From Nitrospiria bacterium (lineage in GTDB: Bacteria > Nitrospirota > UBA9217): a DNA stretch of 64,000 nucleotides. Below the pieces are notes generated by a model. It worked only from the letters and a program-made list of their open reading frames with translations. It was not told where the DNA came from and made no database searches. Shown here piece by piece: positions 57,674 to 64,000 of the stretch (positions are counted from its first letter, which is position 1; every line of letters starts with the position of its first letter). The stretch spans positions 71,865 to 135,864 of the forward strand of contig CAKKRC010000012.1 in the NCBI GenBank assembly GCA_919902495.1, read 5' to 3'. Both the position numbers and the translations under genes were made by a program.

Positions 57674-58321
57674 GATGAACAGACCATTCCTCCTCCCCAT
57701 GAACGGCCGCTGACCTTCGGACAGCGGATTCTGAACGGCCGCAACTTCGCAGCCGCGCTCCCCAATCTTCTGTTCGCCCTTCTCTACGCCCTGAACATCT
57801 ACGAAAAGGTCACCGTCCTCGGGCTGACCTCGCGCATGCTGAAGCTGATGATGGAACTTGAGTTCCTCGTGATCCATTCCTTTCCGTTCCTGGCCTTCTT
57901 CGCGATCGGCAACAGGTCGAAACAGCACACGTTCTTCCGATGGGGGTTCTGGGGCCTGCTTTGTCTCTATCTGATCATGGCGGGCAGCATGGGCGGCTTC
58001 TGGGGCATTGTCGTTTTCGCGGCCCTCACGTTCTCCACCTATCTCGGGTTCTTCTTTCGCATTTTCACCGAACAGGCGATGGTCCAGCTTGCGGCGCGGT
58101 GGATGGCGAATTTTGTGGTATTCCTTCTTGGCGCCGGCCTCTTCAACCTTCCGGAAGGCGTCGAAAAGTGGATCTACGAGGAGGAGACCCTTTACTTCGG
58201 CGCGGCCTATTTCCTGGTACTGGGCTGTCTCGAATGGTCGGGGGTATATCAGGCCGCGTGGATCGGCAGGCTCGCATCGGCCATAAAGACGGGGAAGACA
58301 GGGGCGGAGCGGAAGGACTGA
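57674..58321 (+). CDS. hypothetical polytopic membrane protein
   Basis: multiple hydrophobic helices; start at MDEQ after repeat. Confidence 0.5.
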   Translation, partial: DEQTIPPPHERPLTFGQRILNGRNFAAALPNLLFALLYALNIYEKVTVLGLTSRMLKLMMELEFLVIHSFPFLAFFAIGNRSKQHTFFRWGFWGLLCLYLIMAGSMGGFWGIVVFAALTFSTYLGFFFRIFTEQAMVQLAARWMANFVVFLLGAGLFNLPEGVEKWIYEEETLYFGAAYFLVLGCLEWSGVYQAAWIGRLASAIKTGKTGAERKD

Positions 58322-58372
58322 TGTTGTCTTTCTCCGCGTAACCCTTTACCCCTTACACCTAACGGTATTATT

Positions 58373-58855
58373 ATGATCATTTCCATCATCGCAGCAATGG
58401 ACGAGAACCGCGTCATCGGGAGGGGCAACAAGCTCCCCTGGCATCTGCCGGTCGACCTGAAGCGGTTTCGCATGCTTACCCTGGGCCATCCGATCATCAT
58501 GGGACGAAAGACCTACGAGAGCATCGGCAGGCCCTTGGACGGCAGGAAGAACATCGTGATCACGCGCCAGTCCGGGTATCGCGCCGAAGGGTGCATCGTC
58601 GTGCATGACCTTCCGTCCGCCTTCGAGGCATGCGGAGACGTGGAAGAGGCCTTCGTGCTGGGCGGAGAGTCGTTGTTCCGCGATGTCCTGCCCCTGGCGG
58701 ACAAGGTCTATCTGACGGTCGTGCGGACGCGGGTCGAGGGCGATGTCAGGTTTCCCGCGATCCCCGATGACCTCGAGCTGGTGTCGCGCCGGGAAGCGCA
58801 GGATGTGTTCCCGCTCGAGTTCCTGCTGTATGAACGGAGAAAAGCTTCTTCCTGA
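58373..58855 (+). CDS. folA: dihydrofolate reductase
   Basis: ISIIAAMDENRVIGRGNKLPW ... HPIIMGRKTYESIG. Confidence 0.9.
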   Translation: MIISIIAAMDENRVIGRGNKLPWHLPVDLKRFRMLTLGHPIIMGRKTYESIGRPLDGRKNIVITRQSGYRAEGCIVVHDLPSAFEACGDVEEAFVLGGESLFRDVLPLADKVYLTVVRTRVEGDVRFPAIPDDLELVSRREAQDVFPLEFLLYERRKASS

Positions 58856-58904
58856 CACGGCATAATTCATCGCCCTATACCCCACAAATACCCTTTCGGC
58901 ATCG

Positions 58905-58933
58905 TTGACATCGTCGGGGATCAGGCATATATT
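58905..58933 (+). promoter_or_regulatory. consensus promoter cassette TTGACA-17-TATATT, copy 2
   Basis: ccctttcggcatcgttgacatcgtcggggatcaggcatatattcg. Confidence 0.55.
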
Positions 58934-59039
58934 CGTCCAGAATACGGTGAATAGTGTGGCTTCGTTGATAAGCCAGATAGCATCGTAGGTACGATGTCAG
59001 CCAGGGCTGACAGTAACTTATTCTTTTTGAGGAGGGTGT

Positions 59040-59636
59040 ATGAGAAAATTCATCGCGTTTTTTGTGATCGTCACTGTAAGTGCCGGCATGGCTATGGCGT
59101 CAAGCAGACCCGTGATCTCACCAAAAAGTGAATACCGCCAAATAGGAGCAGTAGTGAGCTCGCCAAGCGAAACAGGTTGGTCTTTGGTGCAAGCCAATAA
59201 TCTTGGAGTGGCGTTTGGTAGGCAATATAGCTCAGCAGAAGAAACTGCAATTGTAAAGACAACAATCTTTAAGGTAGAGGGTTTTGACGATGACAAGGAA
59301 TATCTTAACTACATAGCGAGTCAAAGAGAGAAGCAAGACGATAAAAAGAGATTCAAGATATTAAGCATTACTAATGAACAAGTAAGCTTCAAAGGCACGG
59401 CCTGTCTCAAGTACAGAGGCCTCTCTGAAGACCACAAGAGCAAAGGCATAGATTCAACCGATTTTCAGTATTTGAAGACAGCAGGATACATTTGCCGCCA
59501 TCCTGCAAGCAAGTCTATTGCGTTCCAGATGGAAATTTCACAAAGATCTCAAGAAAAGGCATTTCTGCAAGAGTTTATTTCCCTCGGCGAGGAGTTTTTT
59601 AACAATATTCAGTTTACTGATGCAGGCTTAAAGTAG
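59040..59636 (+). CDS. hypothetical secreted/lipoprotein-like protein
   Basis: signal peptide; low GC (about 42%). Confidence 0.5.
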   Translation: MRKFIAFFVIVTVSAGMAMASSRPVISPKSEYRQIGAVVSSPSETGWSLVQANNLGVAFGRQYSSAEETAIVKTTIFKVEGFDDDKEYLNYIASQREKQDDKKRFKILSITNEQVSFKGTACLKYRGLSEDHKSKGIDSTDFQYLKTAGYICRHPASKSIAFQMEISQRSQEKAFLQEFISLGEEFFNNIQFTDAGLK

Positions 59637-59729
59637 CGCGTAGATAACCATTCGGGTAAGGCGGCTCACCCGGTCGTAGAATTTCGACAAAATAACCATA
59701 GGCGTCGAGTTCCACATGGAGACTAATAT

Positions 59730-60155
59730 ATGCAGCAGATAAAGTTGTCCATCGTTGTCGTAGCGGTCTGTCTTGGACTCCTGACCGGCGTCCATGGTTC
59801 CGCCCTGGCAGACGGTCCTGACAAAGGCCGCAGTGTGACGGTCCGATTCCCGGCCTTTTCGATCAGTCCGGGCGAACGAGTGTCCGGGATGAAACTGAAG
59901 GCGTCCCAAGGCAGGATCCATGTTGGATGCCGGCCGACAAGATGGACCTGTGACCAGACCGGGGGATTCGTGCACTGCTATACCCTGCACCAGACCTATG
60001 CGCTCGGCATTTCCGGGATGCTGCCTGAGACGATCGTTACGAACCTTTCCAGCGACGGACGCCAGCTTTCCCTTGAAGCATCAGTGGAATTGATCGACAG
60101 CAACGGGAAGGAATATTCAAAAGAGATACGAGAATCCGACCTGATCATCAGATAA
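59730..60155 (+). CDS. hypothetical secreted protein
   Basis: signal peptide MQQIKLSIVVVAVCLGLLTGVHGSALA. Confidence 0.45.
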   Translation: MQQIKLSIVVVAVCLGLLTGVHGSALADGPDKGRSVTVRFPAFSISPGERVSGMKLKASQGRIHVGCRPTRWTCDQTGGFVHCYTLHQTYALGISGMLPETIVTNLSSDGRQLSLEASVELIDSNGKEYSKEIRESDLIIR

Positions 60156-60195
60156 CAGTGCTCTGACGATCTCGTAGATACTTGTTGGAGGCGTT

Positions 60196-60912
60196 ATGAC
60201 GGGCAAACGGAAGATCCTGGTGATCATCGCCGCGGCAGGACTGATCCTGGCCGCTGCCTTCGCTATCCTCTGGACGAACCTCGACTGGATAGTCGAAAAT
60301 GCGATCGAACGTTATGGGTCGCAGGCGACGGGAACGAGGGTGCGGGTGCGCGGCGTGGCACTGAATCCCGTGAAGGGCAGGGGTGTGATCGAAGGGCTGA
60401 CCGTGGCGAACCCGCACGGGTATTCGGCACCTCATATCCTTTCGCTCGGCGCCATCAGCGTCCGCATCGAACCCAGGAGTATTGCGTCGAATCCTGTTGT
60501 GATCGATGACATCCGCATCACCTCGCCGCTGGTGGTCTACGAGACGAACGAAGCAAAAGTGGCGAACGTCGATGTGCTCAAGAAGAACCTGGGAGCATAT
60601 CGTCCTGAGAAGCCTGCCACGAGGGGCAAGAAGGGCACAAAGGAAGAAGGCAAGCGACTGCGGATCCGGCACCTGGTTATCGAGAACGCCAAGGCGGAGG
60701 TCCGCGTGGCCGCGCTCGGCGACAAGCCGAGGATCGTCACACTGGGGCGGATCGAAATGACGGACATCGGGGGCAAGAACGGCGCGCCGCCGGAGGAAGT
60801 GGCAAAGCAGATCGTGACCGCCATCCTGTCCGAGGTGAGCAAAGAGGTCGGCAAGGCCGGCGCGTCGAAACTGCTCGAGAATGCCGTCGAACGGGCGCTC
60901 AAGAGGAAGTAG
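60196..60912 (+). CDS. hypothetical N-terminally membrane-anchored protein
   Basis: single TM after MTGKRK; possible AsmA/DUF748-like, weak. Confidence 0.45.
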   Translation: MTGKRKILVIIAAAGLILAAAFAILWTNLDWIVENAIERYGSQATGTRVRVRGVALNPVKGRGVIEGLTVANPHGYSAPHILSLGAISVRIEPRSIASNPVVIDDIRITSPLVVYETNEAKVANVDVLKKNLGAYRPEKPATRGKKGTKEEGKRLRIRHLVIENAKAEVRVAALGDKPRIVTLGRIEMTDIGGKNGAPPEEVAKQIVTAILSEVSKEVGKAGASKLLENAVERALKRK

Positions 60913-60955
60913 TATCTTTCACAAGGAAGCCGCCTCCACTTTGATCGGGCCGCAA

Positions 60956-62515
60956 ATGATGAAAGAAAGCAGACAACGTACCGAGATGACAAACTCTTCC
61001 GAAGAAATTGACAAATGTATTTCAACGCTGAAAGATCTCGCAGGCGACGCGGGACTGCTTGCGAACCTTCCCGAGGAACAGCGGATCGCCCTGCTGAAGG
61101 CATCCGGCGAGATATCCCGGCCCGACAGGCGGGAACGGAAAAAGCGTAACAAGACCGTGGACAGAACGCAGCGCCTGACGACCCTTGAGAAAGATCGGCG
61201 CGCCAGAAATGCCACCGGCATCCGCTCCGCGCGCATGGATGCTGCCTTCCAGGCTCCCGCGCAGATCGCATCAGGTCCCTCCGGACCCGAACCGAAGGTC
61301 GAGCGGCTCAATTCGCCCCGCAATTGCTATATCTGCAAGGAAGAGTTCCTTGACCTGCACTTTTATTACGACACCTTGTGTAAAAAATGCGGGGACCTGA
61401 ATTACAAGAAACGATTTCAGTCGGCATCCCTTCACGGCCAGGTCGCCCTCATTACCGGCTCACGGGTGAAGATCGGCTACCAGGCAGCGCTCATGATGCT
61501 GCGCGCCGGCGCCACGGTGATCGCGACGACCAGGTTTCCCGTAGACGCGGCGCTCAGATATTCCCGGGAAGAGGGATTCTCCGCATGGGGAGACAGGCTG
61601 CATGTTCACGGTCTCGATCTGAGGCATATTCCAAGCGTCGAGATATTTGCCGACTATGTCGAGCAGCGATATGGACGCCTCGACATCCTGATAAATAATG
61701 CCGCCCAGACCGTCCGGCGGCCAGCGGGCTTTTATGCCCATCTCGCGGAAAATGAGGGCAGGGGCTGCGCTGCCTTGTCCGACGACGGCCGAAAGCTTCT
61801 TGGCGACCATGAGGCATGCAAGAAACAGATAGCGGCCTTCTGCACCGGCGGCAACGAACCGGGAGCCGCCCTTTCCGTGGCATGGCATGACCGGGGACCC
61901 GGGATCGGCCTGCGGGAATCGGCCCGGCTGTCGCAGATCCCCTACCGCCATGACGATTCTCTTGTGTCCGAGGAGATATTCCCTAAGGGCAAGCTCGATG
62001 CCGACCTTCAACAGGTGGACCTTCGCAAGACGAACAGCTGGCGTTTGCGAATGGGAGAGATCGCGACCACGGAAATGCTCGAGGTCCAGCTGGTCAATTC
62101 CGTGGCCCCCTTTGTGCTCTGCAACAGGTTGACAGCTCTGATGAGGCGCGAACATACCGGAAAAAAACATATCGTCAATGTAACGGCCATGGAAGGAAAA
62201 TTTTTTAGATTTAAGAAGGACGCCAGGCATCCCCATACGAACATGGCGAAGGCCGCCCTGAACATGATGACCCACACCTCGGCCGAGGACCTGGCCAGGG
62301 ACGGCATCTATATGAATGCCGTCGACACCGGATGGGTCACCGATGAAGATCCGGCGGAACTTTCCCGGTTCAAACAGGAGGTGCATGATTTCCAGCCGCC
62401 CCTGGACATTGTCGACGGGGCGGCGCGGGTCTGCGATCCGTTCTTCGACGGGATACTGACCGGCAAGCACTGGCGCGGGAAGTTTCTTAAGGATTATTTT
62501 CCGGTCGATTGGTGA
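60956..62515 (+). CDS. short-chain dehydrogenase/reductase family protein with long N-terminal coiled-coil/Zn-ribbon extension
   Basis: [15 protein letters not shown]ossmann TGxxxGIG-like, NNAAQ motif; CYICK...CKKCG. Confidence 0.65.
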   Translation: MMKESRQRTEMTNSSEEIDKCISTLKDLAGDAGLLANLPEEQRIALLKASGEISRPDRRERKKRNKTVDRTQRLTTLEKDRRARNATGIRSARMDAAFQAPAQIASGPSGPEPKVERLNSPRNCYICKEEFLDLHFYYDTLCKKCGDLNYKKRFQSASLHGQVALITGSRVKIGYQAALMMLRAGATVIATTRFPVDAALRYSREEGFSAWGDRLHVHGLDLRHIPSVEIFADYVEQRYGRLDILINNAAQTVRRPAGFYAHLAENEGRGCAALSDDGRKLLGDHEACKKQIAAFCTGGNEPGAALSVAWHDRGPGIGLRESARLSQIPYRHDDSLVSEEIFPKGKLDADLQQVDLRKTNSWRLRMGEIATTEMLEVQLVNSVAPFVLCNRLTALMRREHTGKKHIVNVTAMEGKFFRFKKDARHPHTNMAKAALNMMTHTSAEDLARDGIYMNAVDTGWVTDEDPAELSRFKQEVHDFQPPLDIVDGAARVCDPFFDGILTGKHWRGKFLKDYFPVDW

Positions 62516-62852
62516 TGAACCAATAGGGTCGTCTTTCTCCTTGAATCCAGAAGCGAGCGGTTAGAATAAGTAGTACTACCTTCAGGATCGGAGATTCCCT
62601 GCAGCTTGCCGCATGGAGCTTCAATATAATCTCGGCATCGCATTGTTTGAGATGAAAAGGCACGAAGACTTGCGCTAAGGCGTCTCATAGAGGCATGGGT
62701 TTTCCGGCTTCTGCCGGCGAGAAACACGGCATAGTAGCGTGTTCAAGCTGCGTGCCTGCACCTAAGTTGCAATTCCTGATAACTTTCTTCGTGACATATT
62801 AAACTCATCGTCGCATACCTCACAGATACCCTTTCATACCCTTTCGGTATCG

Positions 62853-62881
62853 TTGACATCGCCGGGAATCAGGCATATATT
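62853..62881 (+). promoter_or_regulatory. consensus promoter cassette TTGACA-17-TATATT, copy 3
   Basis: ccctttcggtatcgttgacatcgccgggaatcaggcatatattcg. Confidence 0.55.
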
Positions 62882-62930
62882 CGTGAACAAATAGGTCACT
62901 TTGGTGTGCATAGCTAGACCGAATAAATAA

Positions 62931-63626
62931 TTGTTTGAATTTGAGGATCTCATGAAAAAGACTGAACTAGGAGACATCCAGTGGGTCCACTGCAATAAGT
63001 GCCTCCGTGAGACCCGACATGAGGTCGTCACCATCAGAGAGCTAAAGGAATCAGAGGACATCGAGCCAGACTTTACCATTGATTGGATCACCACCAATAC
63101 GATGCTTGAGTGCCGCGGTTGTGGCAACGTTGCCCTACGTCGGAGGGTCGTCTCGGACGATGTAGATGTAGATAACACCAACTACTACCCGCCACCCATC
63201 TCGCGTCAGATTCCTCGCTGGCAATACAAGCTCCCGAAAGATATGAGCGACCTTCTCAAGGAGTCATATGTCGCCTTGCAGTCGGGTAGTAAAAGACTTG
63301 CAATCATGGGTGCTCGCTCGCTTGTTGATCTGTTCATGAATTCGACCCTTGGCGACATCGGCGGATTCGAGCATAAGTTGGACGGTCTAGTCAAGAACGG
63401 TAATCTGAGCAAGCAGAATCGAGACGTATTGGAAGCGGCACTTGAAGCAGGTCACGCCGTGGTCCATAGAGGTCACGAGCCAAAAGCTGATGACGTGAAT
63501 CTTGTTTTCGACATCGTGGAGAACATGCTTCAAACAATGGTTCTTCAAAAAGAATCAACAGAGCTAAAGAAGAGAACTCCACAGAGAACGAAATCCAACA
63601 AGCCGGATGCAGGCGACGGCAAATAG
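62931..63626 (+). CDS. DUF4145-like protein (restriction-modification-associated)
   Basis: N-terminal C4 Zn-ribbon (CNKC...CRGC); C-terminal LEAALEAGHAVVHRG motif typical of DUF4145. Confidence 0.55.
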   Translation: MFEFEDLMKKTELGDIQWVHCNKCLRETRHEVVTIRELKESEDIEPDFTIDWITTNTMLECRGCGNVALRRRVVSDDVDVDNTNYYPPPISRQIPRWQYKLPKDMSDLLKESYVALQSGSKRLAIMGARSLVDLFMNSTLGDIGGFEHKLDGLVKNGNLSKQNRDVLEAALEAGHAVVHRGHEPKADDVNLVFDIVENMLQTMVLQKESTELKKRTPQRTKSNKPDAGDGK

Positions 63627-63685
63627 CGGTGCCTGATCCACAAAATTATGACGCTTGACCAACGCCGGTTGTAATAGGAAACCGA

Positions 63686-64000
63686 ATGGCAAATAAAGAG
63701 GCCACAGCCCGTATCAAAATCAACAAGCTGCTCGAAGCGGCAGGCTGGCGCTTCTTTCCCGAAGGGAATGCGCCCGCCAACATCCGCCTTGAGCCCGGCG
63801 TGACGATCAAGTCATCCGATCTGGAAGCACTTGGGAAAAACTTTGAGAGGACTAACAAGGGTTTCATCGACTTCCTGCTGCTGGACACCAAAGGCTTCCC
63901 GCTCATCGTTCTCGAAGCTAAGTCCGAGGACAAGAACCCACTCGTCGGCAAAGAGCAGGCCCGAAAATACGCCAAAGCCCAGAACTGCCGCTTCGTGATC
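63686..64000 (+). CDS. N-terminal part of a type I/III restriction enzyme R (HsdR/Res-like) subunit, truncated by window end
   Basis: ARIKINKLLEAAGWRF ... FIDFLLLD ... LIVLEAK nuclease-domain motifs. Confidence 0.6.
   Translation, partial: MANKEATARIKINKLLEAAGWRFFPEGNAPANIRLEPGVTIKSSDLEALGKNFERTNKGFIDFLLLDTKGFPLIVLEAKSEDKNPLVGKEQARKYAKAQNCRFVI

Overview
High-GC (about 60%) bacterial chromosome segment, most likely from a Geobacter/Desulfuromonadales-like deltaproteobacterium. That placement is an inference from three gene sets: a Pcc-like porin/multiheme cytochrome trio, the hgcAB pair, and a DUF4388 protein. Gene order: the 3' half of the dcw cell-wall/division cluster (murD, ftsW, murG, murC, murB, ddl, ftsQ, ftsA, ftsZ); two tandem paralogous CW/Cys-rich small genes; trmJ; a histidine kinase/response regulator pair with ComFB; a porin, octaheme cytochrome and lipoprotein cytochrome trio; a B12 radical-SAM gene; the conserved ylm cluster (pgeF, yggS, proC, yggT, divIVA, DUF167). 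Then tmRNA (ssrA), followed immediately by a small low-GC island carrying a PIN protein and a PrimPol(AEP)-SF2 helicase fusion. Further on: DUF4388; the mercury-methylation pair hgcA-hgcB preceded by a small AbrB-like CC-motif protein; a second B12 radical-SAM gene; flotillin; a 4.8 kb AT-rich island (PIN-like, SEC-C, membrane and PD-(D/E)xK-like proteins) sitting next to a duplicated hrpB 5' end that brackets a zeta-toxin-like module; hrpB; cytochrome c; metB-like, thrC, transketolase, alkylation repair and folA genes; and a restriction-modification edge (DUF4145 plus an hsdR/res N-terminus). The whole window is riddled with dispersed short repeat families: 7-8 nt periodic micro-repeats, a conserved TTGACA-17-TATATT promoter cassette present three times, and a GC-rich hairpin element that is inserted in-frame inside hgcB and between the two halves of transketolase. 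No rRNA, tRNA or CRISPR array seen.
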